Assembly (NCBI GenBank): GCA_024346625.1
Contig: AP024664.1
Location: 1,054,001 to 1,118,000 of the forward strand
Source of the DNA: Williopsis jadinii
Lineage: Eukaryota
DNA: 64,000 nucleotides
Reading direction: 5' to 3'
Below are positions 39,855 through 51,900 of this stretch, piece by piece. Both the position numbers and the translations under genes were made by a program. Numbering within the stretch: the stretch's first letter is position 1; every line of letters begins with the position of its first letter. The notes below the pieces were generated by a model. The model was not told where the DNA came from, did no database searches, and saw only the letters and a program-made list of their open reading frames with translations.

Positions 39855-42752
39855 TTAGGCTGTCAAACGTTTTATCAAATCATGAATTTCATGCTCAACC
39901 ATGATGTAGAAGTTATTGTTGAAACGATCATCATCGCTCAAACGCTCCTCGCGAAGGAATTTCGTTATCTGAGTCTTAATACGTTGGATCTCATGTTCTT
40001 TATACGTATCGTCAGTAAGGTTGTCACCACAGGAAGACCCGTTTTCATTTGAGCCACCAAGTGTTGACAGTTGGTTAGAACTTTGGAAGAAGTTAACTTC
40101 CTCAGTTAAACCACTCACAAACATATCACTAACAGAAACCGAGCTGAACGAGTTACTAGCCTCGTCGAAGCCAGAGCCATTAGAACGTCCACTAATGGCA
40201 GTGGGGTTCAAATGTGATTGGTTTTTCTGACTGGTTGTGTTTCTCTTCAACAGGTTTGAGCTACTGTTGAGGGGCTTTGGAATAATCTGCTCGGTGTAAA
40301 CAGGGCTGAATTCCACCAATGAGGAATTACCACTATCATTTCTCAAATATTTCAATCTCAAGATTTGGAACAAATAACGTATCAAAGTGAAGCAGTTCTT
40401 GATAATAGATCTTTTTTTGTTGTCAAACTTAATGAATATCAAATCGATGGTTTTATCCAGAAGATGGTATCTGATATCATTGCGTAATTCGTACTTCTTG
40501 TTATTTTGGTTTTTCTCAAGATCAGATATCAAGTTCGTCAACAGAAGCACAATGGCGTCAAACGGTAGATTGTTACGAATTTCCCAGTTGAATCCGTTGT
40601 ATATGTCATCGTTGTTGTTCTTCAAGAACTCATACAACAAATGTAATGAAGTTGGTATCAAGTTGTTCGTCAAGTCGTCATAAGTATAATGTGTCAAGTC
40701 ATTATCAGTGTTCAAATGAGGTGGATTCAATGACTTCATCAAAGCCTCGATGCTAAATTTAGATCTCTGGCTGTTCAAAAGCTGGTTGAAGCTTCCTTGT
40801 ATCAACAAGTTATTCCCTTCCTCGTTTGAATTCAACACAGTTGACAAAACGATTTTCTTCTGCAACAACAAAAGTGCACGGTCACAGTAAGAGCTTAGCA
40901 CGGATTTTGACCACTTGATGAATGTCTTTTGTTCGTATGACATGTTTTGCACAGATTCCACATTCTCCAAGTTCATTATCGAAGCATTGCAACTGATGTA
41001 CAAGTCCAAGATCTTCTGCTTCAACATTTGAATGGTGTTAAACGGCACGATGTTCAATCCATACATGCATCTTGTCAGCTCGTTCAGGATCAGAGTGAAT
41101 CTGAATTTACCATTGAGGAAACACGTATGTGGGTTCAAAGAGTTATTAACATATTCCACTGGTAGCGACGTATCAAATTCGTCTAGCCTTATTAACGGAG
41201 TGGATGTATTCTTCAATGCTGTCATAGCATCAAGGTAAAAGATTTCCCACCACAACAATCTCCTGGTCTGTGCCAAATTTGGATCCAAAATCTTATGAAA
41301 AGTTGCAGGATCTCTGTTGAGTTTGACAGTCTGTGCAATACGTACTAAGATACCAATATCGATCAACGATGGGTTTTCTAAAGTACTATGCAGTAGAACA
41401 GAACTTTGCAAAACACGGAGTGAGAATTTTTGAGGGTATCCAATCGTTTGAAACACAACACGGGCAATTCTCAGGTATTTGTGAATTTCATTACTCAGTT
41501 CAAATTTTGTGATTTCATCATAGCTGAATTCAAAGCACTCACCTTTAGAAGCTGCATAAACAACTGGGAATAAAATCACCAAGAACTCCAACTTGTGTTC
41601 CAGAGTATTATCCCAAAAGGCATCATGTTCTCTAACAAATTCGTTTATATCCAATATGGGTAGTATTGGATGAATATTTGTAATGTATCTGTTAACCAGT
41701 CCATACGATCTCTCTCTAGAGGGCAAGGCGCTATAGATTTCCTCCAATTTCCAAGTTGGAACAATCTCTGGTTGTTTAGGCATCAAGATCATCGGCAAGC
41801 TGTGGTTTGTCAAGTTCAACGCTATCTGCTGTATAGGTTCGTTCTGTGGTAATCTTCCAGTCATCGAGGGCTGCGGTGTCTGTCTCAGTGAGAAATCACT
41901 CAATATGGAGTTGCTCAACGGTTGGCCACCCTGTTGCTGTGGCTCGAAGCTTGGAGTTTGCGACCTTGACACGTTTACAGGCGGTAGAAATCCTACATGG
42001 TCTTGTTGTTGTTTCTGCTGTGTCGGTTCCTGTTGTGTCTGCTGCTCCTGCTGCGTCTGTTGTTGAAGATTGTGAGTATGTGGAAGTGGTGGTGGAGCAT
42101 GCAAATGTTGACGAGCACCCTGCTGAGTGTGATTACTGTGTTTCTCAGTGGGCAGCACCTGTGGATTGTGCATGTTTGGAGGGGAAAGAGATTCGATACT
42201 GACAGAGCTCTCAGAGTCAGAAAACGTTAGAGAGGTTCTATCCCTCGGTGACTGATGGCTGAAGTTGACGCCCACGGGCCGTGGCGGCAGTGGTTGTGGA
42301 TGTGGCGGTTGGTCATTTCCAATGTGTACATGTGGCGGTTCGTGATTCTCGTGTTGTTGTAGCGGTTGCTGGAGCTGATGTTGTTGTTGATGGATAACCT
42401 CAGCGGGTATTTCCGCACCCATTGTTGACGATATTGGGGTGGATGACGACGACACAAGGTTCTTCGCGCGTGCCATGTACTGTTTCAGCTCTTGCTTCTT
42501 TCTCAGCTCCGCCTCTTTATCAACATCCTTCTTCTTCTTACCTCGTGACACCCGGTCATTCACAAAGTATTTACACTCCAGGTTATTCTTCGTGCAGTTC
42601 TGACACACAGGGTGCTCCCTAGAGCACTTCACCTTGCGCTGATGGCACGGAACACAGCTGTGGATCTTCCTCTGGCGCACTTTCTGGATCTTATACACCT
42701 TTCCATCGCCCATCACAAGGGCGTTCTGGTCCTTGATGAACTCCTCAGACAT
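39855..42752 (-). CDS. Zn(II)2Cys6 transcription factor with fungal middle homology region
   Basis: SCVPCHQRKVKCSREHPVCQNCTKNNLECKY, a Q/P/H-rich linker, and RRLLWWEIFYLD...FDTSLP. Confidence 0.92.
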   Translation of the reverse strand: MSEEFIKDQNALVMGDGKVYKIQKVRQRKIHSCVPCHQRKVKCSREHPVCQNCTKNNLECKYFVNDRVSRGKKKKDVDKEAELRKKQELKQYMARAKNLVSSSSTPISSTMGAEIPAEVIHQQQHQLQQPLQQHENHEPPHVHIGNDQPPHPQPLPPRPVGVNFSHQSPRDRTSLTFSDSESSVSIESLSPPNMHNPQVLPTEKHSNHTQQGARQHLHAPPPLPHTHNLQQQTQQEQQTQQEPTQQKQQQDHVGFLPPVNVSRSQTPSFEPQQQGGQPLSNSILSDFSLRQTPQPSMTGRLPQNEPIQQIALNLTNHSLPMILMPKQPEIVPTWKLEEIYSALPSRERSYGLVNRYITNIHPILPILDINEFVREHDAFWDNTLEHKLEFLVILFPVVYAASKGECFEFSYDEITKFELSNEIHKYLRIARVVFQTIGYPQKFSLRVLQSSVLLHSTLENPSLIDIGILVRIAQTVKLNRDPATFHKILDPNLAQTRRLLWWEIFYLDAMTALKNTSTPLIRLDEFDTSLPVEYVNNSLNPHTCFLNGKFRFTLILNELTRCMYGLNIVPFNTIQMLKQKILDLYISCNASIMNLENVESVQNMSYEQKTFIKWSKSVLSSYCDRALLLLQKKIVLSTVLNSNEEGNNLLIQGSFNQLLNSQRSKFSIEALMKSLNPPHLNTDNDLTHYTYDDLTNNLIPTSLHLLYEFLKNNNDDIYNGFNWEIRNNLPFDAIVLLLTNLISDLEKNQNNKKYELRNDIRYHLLDKTIDLIFIKFDNKKRSIIKNCFTLIRYLFQILRLKYLRNDSGNSSLVEFSPVYTEQIIPKPLNSSSNLLKRNTTSQKNQSHLNPTAISGRSNGSGFDEASNSFSSVSVSDMFVSGLTEEVNFFQSSNQLSTLGGSNENGSSCGDNLTDDTYKEHEIQRIKTQITKFLREERLSDDDRFNNNFYIMVEHEIHDLIKRLTA

Positions 42753-44392
42753 CGCTTCAGCTCCCTAGATTACGTATACCACAGCTGTACTTATGCACAA
42801 GAGAGATCAAGCAAAAAAAAAGAAAAAGAAAAAAAGAAAGTAGGGTAAACGACAGGGAAAAACACAGAATCACTTGCAAGTGTGAGAATCCTGAGCAGCG
42901 AGTAATGGAGAAGAACCAGCTGTATATTCAAGCCAGTACAAAGCAAATATCTCGTCTGTAGTCCTGTTCACCGTCCCGAACGATGGTGTTCCTGGAGTGA
43001 CAAGTTTGAAAATTCAAAAAGTTGGCGGTATTGGCCCCTCCAACAAAGGGTCAGAAAGAAGAAAAAGAAGCTTTCAAAGAAATGCGGGATTAGGAGGGGG
43101 AGGGTTGAAGAGGGAAAAAATAATAGCGGGAAAACGCCTAATGAACGGCCAATCAGAGCGGCTGTTGAGGCGGCTTTCGCAATCTGTTTTCGTCTGTATG
43201 GGCGTTCGCCTGCTTCGCTCGACTCTGCCGCCGCTGTGAGTTATGTGTGTGACCTGTACTGTGCTGTTGAAATTTCCGTGCCCCTCTTTTTCCTGTGTGT
43301 GTTTTTTCCAACCGTTTCAATCTGTGCGTGTGTTTTTTGCAAAATTTTGTTCTGATTGTCGGGATGATGCGCTGCGTTTTGCGAAAGCGTGTCGGAACCA
43401 AAGCGTGGGAAAAGCGGGGTCGCTGGTGGTTTGTTCCAGGGGACTCGCCGGGAAGCGCAGCAAACCGAGAGCTCTCTCTGCTCGGGACATAGCTGCCTTA
43501 CGGGTGTTTTGGGAGATGTTAGATAGGTAGAAAGGTGTCTGTGTTCACAACGTGGGTGTGCTGGTGGGAGCTTTGTTGTGGAGACGCTACTGCGAACGCG
43601 CTCGGAGGCCTCCTGTGAGGCCCGTGGTACCAATGCTGAGTGGTGGGATGCGGCAGGGTGTCTGTGGAAGCCCAGCTCTCTTATCTCGCGTATGAGCGCC
43701 ATTGGTGATTATAGGCATAAGCACCGTAAGCATCATCAACAGGGAGATTGGTGGGTTGTCTCTGCGCACACGGAGTTATGCACCACGAAGATAAGGCCTA
43801 TTGATCCGTGTGCCTGGGCAACTGTGTCGTGGGTATTGTATGAAAGTGTGTGAGCGAATGCCGTTGTAGCAGTGACGTAGACCTCATTGTCGTCTTGCTT
43901 TGCTTTCCATATTAATATCCTTCTAGAAGCTTTTAACTGCTCCATATATGTGCCTCGTTCTTAATCTGTGGGAAGTATCGAGAAACAAGTGCCTTAGACC
44001 ATCTTTCATGATGATGATGTCGTGTAACACCGCATAACAGCGCTTCCCGTAATAGGACATAATTTGATTCTGCCTATGGACAGGCCAGAAGTAATCTTCC
44101 ATATTAATGATGGTATCCTCCACTAGCCTTGTAGCAGTCTCGTGATCATACACCTTTGAGCCGACAAGATATAGCATTATATCACGACATGTGCTTTCTC
44201 CACAATTCTCTGTTGCCTGTTGCAGTGTTGCTTCCTATAACCACCCTACTGGATTGTTGGAGACATCGGCTCACTCAATCACGTATGTTTTCTAATGACA
44301 CCACATTACTGTGAGCTTCAAATAATTTTGCACCTGAATCTATTGCTATATATGTACATATTCCTGAAACACCTTCTGTCGTGAGATTGAAT

Positions 44393-45325
44393 TCAGGTAA
44401 TCACACACAGCCAACCCAGCGTGGCATACACCAAGCCAACAGGATATATCGCAAGGAATACCCTTCCTGGGAGAACACCATGGACTTTTAGGTTAACCGT
44501 GGCAGCATAAACACTCCAAGCAACAAGTATAACGTACAGGATAAATCTGATAAAACTCCACTTGATGAAGATCGAAGTGATCGCCAGGAGAAGCAGTGGA
44601 AACATCGCATAACCAGTGGTCGAAAGAGCGTTAAAGAACGAAATTGTACCTCCAAGAAGCTGAATATTCACTGCAATCACCGCTAAAGTTGACCAAACAA
44701 TTGCAAAAACTCCTGAAAACACCTCTGAGGAGTTGGCCTCAGGAGACATCAGCCCAAGTATAACAGCGAATACCAAAGTGAAAAGCAATGGCCCCCATAG
44801 ATCCCATGCCAGCTTCTTCAAATCTGAATCATCCAATGGAGTGTTGGCAATGTCCTGCTCTAAATCTTGACCCAGTTGATCAAAGTTGATACCAACGTTT
44901 ATACCGGAATTACGGGCAGCTATGAGTAAATTGTGCTGCTGAATCTTTGCCAATTTAGAGAGAGAAGCAGGCCACATGACACTGAGGAGTCTTTGTCCAA
45001 TGGCCTTGAAGTCCCTCTCCAACGTTTTCCAAACAGGTTCGTCCAATGTGTCACCTCCGGTAAATGCGTGCTCTCTAACCTGTTCATTCTTTAACAAGGG
45101 ATTGAACGATTGAGAAAGGTCAATATTTGGACTGACAAAATTGCTAAAGTTGAAGAATGAGGAGCTTCCACCTTGCGCCTGGGACTGTTGTTGAGCCTGT
45201 GCGGATGATGCCTTCTGTTGTGGCTGTACAGGAGTCTCAACATCCGGTTCTATCGTATCTGGCTCAAGCTCAAAATCATCAGCTTCATCCGGATTCACAG
45301 CGACTGGTTTCCACTTCTTGGACAT
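44393..45325 (-). CDS. YIP4: Yip1-domain Golgi membrane protein (Yip4/YIPF6-like)
   Basis: TLDEPVWKTLERDF, WDLWGPLLF, NIQLLGGTISFF...GYAMFP, LAIYPVGL; start placed at MSKKWK (45325). Confidence 0.82.
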   Translation of the reverse strand: MSKKWKPVAVNPDEADDFELEPDTIEPDVETPVQPQQKASSAQAQQQSQAQGGSSSFFNFSNFVSPNIDLSQSFNPLLKNEQVREHAFTGGDTLDEPVWKTLERDFKAIGQRLLSVMWPASLSKLAKIQQHNLLIAARNSGINVGINFDQLGQDLEQDIANTPLDDSDLKKLAWDLWGPLLFTLVFAVILGLMSPEANSSEVFSGVFAIVWSTLAVIAVNIQLLGGTISFFNALSTTGYAMFPLLLLAITSIFIKWSFIRFILYVILVAWSVYAATVNLKVHGVLPGRVFLAIYPVGLVYATLGWLCVIT

Positions 45326-45385
45326 TGTATACGACCACCACTGTGTTAGTGACTGTTTCAATGATACAAAACGACACCTGGAACC

Positions 45386-45392
45386 AAAAAAA
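45386..45392 (-). terminator. Pol III T7 terminator of snR52
   Basis: Run of seven T on the minus strand about 30 nt after box D. Confidence 0.7.
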
Positions 45393-45420
45393 TAGTTTTG
45401 AAGTAAAAGTTGGGCTTTTG

Positions 45421-45504
45421 TTGTCAGAAGGAAGGCAACGTTTTTTCCTCACAGTGGGTGTTTCCCACTAAGAGATTGTTCACACGATGTTAATCATCAT
45501 TTAA
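45421..45504 (-). ncRNA. SNR52: snR52 box C/D snoRNA
   Basis: Minus strand: box C ATGATGA (45500-45494), guide GTGAACAATCT, and guide GTTGCCTTCCTT followed by box D CTGA (45427-45424). Both guides match remembered S. cerevisiae snR52; flanking stem GCTTTTGTT/AACAAAAGC. Confidence 0.9.
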
Positions 45505-45519
45505 TAACAAAAGCACCGG

Positions 45520-45562
45520 GGGTTCGAACCCACGCACTTTCCCAGAAATAGCCACCTGGCCA
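45520..45562 (-). promoter_or_regulatory. Pol III A box and B box in the snR52 leader
   Basis: A box TGGCCAGGTGG (45562-45552) and B box GGTTCGAACCC (45530-45520); no tRNA cloverleaf can be formed. Confidence 0.85.
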
Positions 45563-46213
45563 CAAAGAGGAAAATCTCTCTAAAAATGGGCCTTGATCCG
45601 TGAAATGCTTGAACAGTGGCACGGTGCTCGTAACCATTGCCATTTTGAGCTAGTGCTAGTCTGTGATAGTGGATTTACGCTATATGTATGTAATCTCTTG
45701 CTTGCAGCATCATGCCCATTGTACTGAAATATAGATTGGTTATATGAACCAATTGTTATGAATGAGCTCAGGCAAAGGCGAAATGTATGAGAAGGTTATG
45801 GGGGTCACAATAATCGACCCTTGTTTTCTATATTGTGTGACCTTGTTAAGCATGCGTTTCAATTGGTTGAAGCGAAAATGGCTTAATATTACTATGAAGC
45901 CAGGATGCCTGATAGCTAAAGCCTGTTACATGTCATGGTTGTAACCCATGGCAAATGTTTCTCTCTAGTTTCGGACGCTACAGATAATATGATTGAGGTA
46001 TTGTTATAAGGACGAGCACTCTATTCATGTCTTTCACTTCAATTCCCCCCTTCAGCTTGACGCAAAGGTCGTTTGATGGTTTGACATACTCCACCCCATC
46101 ATCGATCCAAGGTTGCACACGCGCATAGTATAATTTGTATATTAGGGTAGAATATATTCGTTTCGTAAATCATGAATTCAACAAGTTTTGATTTTACCTC
46201 TCCAAAGGTGTGT

Positions 46214-47995
46214 TCAAGGGCTTTCATCATTCTGCTCATCAGCACTCTGTCCATCCGCATTCATCTGGTTGTGCGTCTTGATATGTTGAGCAAGATTGTC
46301 AGATCTGGAGAACTGTTTACCACAGAGCGTGCAATCAAATGGCTTTTCATTCGTGTGTAAGCTCCTCACGTGTCTCTTTAGATGTTCCTGACGCTTGAAC
46401 CGTCTCATACAGTACGAACATACAAATTGTTTAGCAGGATCGTACTCTAGAGTTGGCTTACGCCCACGACGTGGTGGCTCATTTTGCAATTGGATCGGTA
46501 TACTGAGGTTTGTTTCACTCTCTCTAAAGGATTTGGCATCGGTAGCAGTATCCTCAGGCAGAGTAGGGAGTTGTCCAACTCCCTTATTATCTTGGGGACC
46601 TTGTCCTTTGGAGAATGGACCACGGAAGATATGGGAACGTTTCTTCGAGGTTTTGACATCTGAAAATAGAGCTGCGTAATCCGGAGAGTGCTTCTTCTGG
46701 TCACCTTCTTCGTTGGTATCTTGTTTGAGCTCTCTGTTGGAATCTTCATCCATGTCCACATCATCAACCTCCATAGGTAGAGAGGAATCGCTGGAAATCC
46801 GTCCAACAACAGGAGAGGTTTCACTTTGCGACACAGTATTGGTTTTGTTATTATTGAAATTATAGGTGGATGAGTTCATACTGGCTAATGATATCACCCG
46901 GCTCAACTCTTCGTCAAACTCAAAGCTGATCTTCTCCTCCTCTGTCGTCTCTGGGATCGGTTGTGTAGAACTCTTTGAGTTAAATGTTAGTCTTGCGGAT
47001 GCAATGGCATTAACAAGGGACTGTGTCCGACTCTTCTTCCCATTGCATGTACAACCTTTTGCATGGAGATTGTTCTCTTGGTCACAGAACGCTCTATTCT
47101 TCTGCTTCTTAGGCTGTTGTTGCTGTTCTTCATCCTTCACTCTAGTTAAGTCCTCCTCGCTGTTCTCCAACGTGGGTAACGTCGAAACCATTAGTTCCGC
47201 GTCCTTATGTGTTGATAGTGGGTTTATGCCTCTCAAGTTGAACCTGTTTGGATTATTCGATTTGAATATTGACGACAACGAATTTGATATTGACGTTCTG
47301 AACCGTGAAGGAGTCGAGTTCAAAGGACTCGAATTTTCATCCTCGAACTGGGACATCGAATCAAATACTTCAGTAGAAGATCTGTACTCATAAGAAGTTC
47401 TCGCAGACGGAAGAGTAGTGGAGTCGTTGAATATAGCACTCATGCTATCAGTAGTGAAATTCCAGTTCAGCTCATCCAGGAACTTATCATTGTAGAAATC
47501 ATGGAGTGCACTCTGTGAGGGGCTATCATGAGGGCCAACCGCATCAGCAGCGGAATCCCTGTACACGGCTGCACCGCTATCCGGCTGTTCAGAGGTATAT
47601 TGAAACGTCGGTATACTCCCCAACTGTTGCTGTTGTTGATCCTGTGCTGCTGTTGAATACGGTGTCACCTGTGGTGGCTGCTGTAGCTGTGCCTGTGTCA
47701 GTTCTGCGAGAGACTGCTGTTGCTGTTGCGGCAACCCATTGTCCACGCCATCCATTATACCCATACTGTCCAACAGCGAGCTGGAATCCACAACGCCTAA
47801 ATTCTGATCTTGCACAAGCTCTCCACCGCTATTAGAGAGCCCCAGTAGCTTATCGTAGTAGAACTGAGCATCAAGCACCGGGTTGAAATCTGGCATTTCC
47901 GTCGTTTGCTCTCCCCGTGCGTCCTGTCTCAAGTCACCCCCCTCCATCGACTGGAGTATGAGATTGTTGTTATCCACCGGGCCTCCATGCGACAT
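46214..47995 (-). CDS. COM2: C2H2 zinc-finger stress transcription factor (Com2/Mnl1, Msn2/4-related)
   Basis: RRGRKP followed by [52 protein letters not shown]; first ATG at 47995. Confidence 0.75.
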   Translation of the reverse strand: MSHGGPVDNNNLILQSMEGGDLRQDARGEQTTEMPDFNPVLDAQFYYDKLLGLSNSGGELVQDQNLGVVDSSSLLDSMGIMDGVDNGLPQQQQQSLAELTQAQLQQPPQVTPYSTAAQDQQQQQLGSIPTFQYTSEQPDSGAAVYRDSAADAVGPHDSPSQSALHDFYNDKFLDELNWNFTTDSMSAIFNDSTTLPSARTSYEYRSSTEVFDSMSQFEDENSSPLNSTPSRFRTSISNSLSSIFKSNNPNRFNLRGINPLSTHKDAELMVSTLPTLENSEEDLTRVKDEEQQQQPKKQKNRAFCDQENNLHAKGCTCNGKKSRTQSLVNAIASARLTFNSKSSTQPIPETTEEEKISFEFDEELSRVISLASMNSSTYNFNNNKTNTVSQSETSPVVGRISSDSSLPMEVDDVDMDEDSNRELKQDTNEEGDQKKHSPDYAALFSDVKTSKKRSHIFRGPFSKGQGPQDNKGVGQLPTLPEDTATDAKSFRESETNLSIPIQLQNEPPRRGRKPTLEYDPAKQFVCSYCMRRFKRQEHLKRHVRSLHTNEKPFDCTLCGKQFSRSDNLAQHIKTHNQMNADGQSADEQNDESP

Positions 47996-48961
47996 CTTAT
48001 TCACACTCACTCGCTCTTGGACAAATCACTCAGCCAGAGAGTATACAAAACACCCAAAGAATATGATGATAAGGTGTACACCCAAGCTGCCTTCTGTTCC
48101 AAGGCTTTCCACAATATATACACCGGTGTATAGAGATATTCCGTCAATGGTCTACCCAGAACGTTGAGTAGCCAAAGGGAAAGCTGCCACTGTTTTTGTG
48201 ATTTTTCCGGGCGTTGCGTAGCCTGTTTTTTCTTCCCGTCAAGGATTTCGTCACGGAATTTGCTCAAACCAGGCTGAACCAGCTGTGGGCGTGCCCCTCC
48301 GCCCCTCTCCAGCGAGCCTACCGTGCCCACCAAGTCGCTGCTAAAAGCAACCCGGTAAGGAAGAAAAAACGGTCTGCGGAACCAACGGGCCCTCTGGCTC
48401 CTCAGAGTTTCCCTTGACGCATTTATGCCCTTCGTGCTGTGCTTCCTGACGGCAGGACCACGGTTATTTCTGAGCTGGAGGTGTGCCTTTGCCTTAATGG
48501 ATCTTTACAGTTGAGATGAGTGCCATGTCGTAATTTGTGTGCTTCTACTGGCAAAGTACTCAATTGTGAAGTGATGGTATACGCCGGTTTACAGTGGGCA
48601 GTGGCTTTGCTTGGAGATGGGAAGCCGTGCCTTCCTGGCGGGTTGGCCGTTACGTGCAATCTGAGCCAACCGCATGGAAAAAAGGTGTCAAACTTGCTCC
48701 TGTTGCAAGGCCTTCTCAGAGAGAGAGAGCGTAAGAGGCACAGTGTGCTAAGCAGAGCTGACTAATGTAACGGTGATATTGACCGTGGTATGTTTGCTAC
48801 TCCGATGCCAGCAGTGCCGCAGGCGTATCTGAAGGTGCTGCAACGCTTTTAGTCTCAACATGGGCAAAAAGTACATATTATCCATTATACAACAAAAGAC
48901 AAACTAACAAGAGTAGAACTAAATGGGGAAATTGAGCAAGCTATCTGGGCATTGCACCGTC

Positions 48962-51900
48962 TCAGGCATCAACTTGCTCCTCGACAATCTCAACTCTGTA
49001 AGAATACAAACTAGAGTCATCGTCATCTGCGTCCCCGTTTGAAGGGATGAGGATTGCAGGAGCCGTGGACTTGTCCTGTGCAGGAGAAGAGGCAGCGGAA
49101 GCACCTGGCGAGGAACTAAAGAATTGCTTCAAGAAGGCCTTCTTTTCAGTGGCTTCAGCAGAAGAAGCAGGCACTGGCTTTCTCTGAGCAGAAGTAGAGA
49201 GAGAACTTGGGTGAGAGTGATGCTTCTCATCACCAGCGAGTGCGCCAGAAGCCACGGCAGCAGTGGAGGCTACTGCAGCGGTCAAACCAGCAGCACCCAC
49301 AGCACCACTCACTTTAGGATCCAACGTGGAAAATGTCGAAGCAGAAGTGACTGTAGCTTCCTTGGTTCCCTCCGCATCATTGCTTGATTCACTGCCAACT
49401 CCAGGGGCAACGACAAACTTTTGCTCTGGTGGAATTTGCACTGGACTTGGTTCCTCGTAGTGTGGCTTTGCTGAGCTGTCCTCTGAAGGTTGCTTTCCTA
49501 TAGCGTTTCCAGCAACAGAAAACTTTTGGTCTGCTGGAATCTCTACTGGCGCTGGTTCGACATAACCATTAGTGGTTGTTGTTTCATCTGTGGATTTGGC
49601 AACAGATGCACCCGTAGCACCACCAACAGCCGCAATAATAGCACCAGCAGTACCTACCTTCGCACTTTGATCATGTGTACTAACTTCGGCTGGAGAGACC
49701 TTGTTCGTCACTTCTGCAGCAACACCCTCAGTTGTAGATGGAGCAGTTGCAGGTGGTGTTGGTAAAGTAGTCAAAGCATCGGCAGCCACTTGGGTATCTG
49801 TTTTAACGTTCTCGACAGGGACGTCACCAGTAAAGACTGCGAGTACCTCTTTCTCATTCTTTGCCTCTTCTGCAGTAATTGGTTCAAGAGTGATGTTAGG
49901 ATCATCAGCAACAATAGCGATAACAGGGTTACCTTCATCAATGACCTTAGCCTTGAATTCTGTAGCTTCATCGATAATTGGCTCATGTACGCCATTCTTG
50001 ACAGCTTGGGCCTCGGAATCAGCATCAACATCGCCAGTGGTCGACTTGGTGGTGTTCTCAGGAGCCTCCAGTGTAGGTGTCTCAGCCTGAGCAGTGGATG
50101 CTCCTAGAGAACCCTCTGCGTTTGTTTCAACTTCTGGTGGAACAGCAATGATCGCTGGAGCAACAACCTTTGGTTGGGGTTCCTCCTGTGCATCTGCAAA
50201 TGCTTCAATCAGATCGCTCTCGATGGTTTCAACACTAGAAATGTCACCGTTTAAGGCACCAACAGGAACCTCGCTATCTACAGACTTCTCCACTGGGACA
50301 GCATCTTCGGATTCAGTGACAGTCGACTCTACTAGAGTTCCTGGAATGGTGTCAATCACAGGTACATGCTCCTTATAATCCTCACTTCCTGTGTTTTCTT
50401 GCTCAGTAATAGATTGCTGGAGTTCATCACCGTTGGGTGTAACACCTGATTCAGTAGTCTTCGTGACAGCGACAATAGCAGGCGCTGTGGCAGCAACAGA
50501 AGCAGATTCAGGGAAAGAATCAGAGCCGGTCACAGTCACAGGTTCAGCAACAGACTGCACTGCTGGTTCCGTGACTAGTGGTTCAGCCTCGGACTCTTCC
50601 TTTGGTTCGGTGACGATGCCTGCGTCTTTTGCATCAACAATTTCGGCAGCCTTAGCCAGTGGTTGCGTTTCAGACAGCACTACTGGTTCAGAAGGAGTCT
50701 TGCTGGTAGCTTGGGGGACTTCACCTGCTGATTGTGCAATATCTGTTGATTTAGAAACCGGAATAGTATTTGCTACTTTAGTAGCAGCGCTTCCCGTGAC
50801 ATCAGCTGCCTTGGAAGCACCCGTAGCAGTGACAGCAGCAGCAGTACCACCAACCGCAATAGTACCACCAACAACTCCTGCTGCAACTGCGCCTCCATGA
50901 TGATGCTTAGACTCCTTATTCTCACGAGACTTGGATTTGAATATGGAGAAAAGACCAGATTTCTTCTTCTTTTGCTCTGAGGACTTCGTTGGCGTCAGTT
51001 TAGTAGATGAATCTGTCGATTTAGAAACAGCAGAAGGAGCCGAAGATACAGTCTTTGAAGTGCCTTCAGAAATCGCAGTGTTGGCTCCAGTACCAGTAAC
51101 ACCAGTTGCAGCGACAGCTGCAGCTGTGGCAGTAGCACCTGTGGCCACAACAGCAGGAGCGAAGGCTTTAGCTTGAGTATCAGATTCCGTTGGAGCAGCC
51201 GACTTCGATACATGTTCCACATTAGCTTCCGACGTTGACGCTGGAGCAGCAGCTTTGGAAACTGGCGCCTCTGTTTCAATTGCATTTTGCACAGAAGAAT
51301 TTTCTTTAGAAGACGCTGTGGCTGCTGCTGCTGAGGCTGCTGAGGCTGCTTTAGCATCCTCTTCATCCTTAGCCTTCTTCTCTGCCTCTTCTCTGGCTTG
51401 TCTCTCCTCCTCAGCCTTGGCTGCTGCAATTTTAGCTTCTTCATCAGCTTTTTCCTTTGCGATTCTCTCCTCCTCTTCCTGCTTCTCTTTAGCAATTCTT
51501 GCTTCTTCATCAGCTTTTTCCTTTGCGATTCTCTCCTCCTCTTCTTGTTTCTCTCTGGCAATTCTTTCCTGTTCCTCCTTCTCCTTTGCAATTCTCTCCT
51601 GCTCTGCCTTTTCTTGGGCAATTCTCTCCTCCTCTTCTTTTCTCAGACGTTCCTCCTCTTCTTTTCTCAGACGTTCCTCTTCCTCCTTTCTGAGACGTTC
51701 CTCTTCCTCCTTTCTGAGACGTTCCTCCTCTTCTTTTCTCAACCGTTCTTGTTCCTCCTCATAAAGCTGTCTCTTCTCCTTCGCTTCTTTCAATCTGCTA
51801 GCACGATCACCAGCCCCGGCTCTCAGAGTTACAAGCTGAGTTTTCAAATCTTCCAAATTGGCTTCAGATGCTTCCAGTTCCTTCTCAGACTCCTTGATCT

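Noticed and set aside
43923..44177. 84-aa ATG-initiated minus-strand ORF downstream of YIP4
   Set aside because: It is short, with no recognisable domain or supporting signals, and cannot be distinguished from chance.
45505..45570. tRNA gene suggested by GGTTCGAACCC and TGGCCAGGTGG
   Set aside because: The spacing is too short and there is no acceptor or anticodon stem; it is explained as the snR52 Pol III leader.
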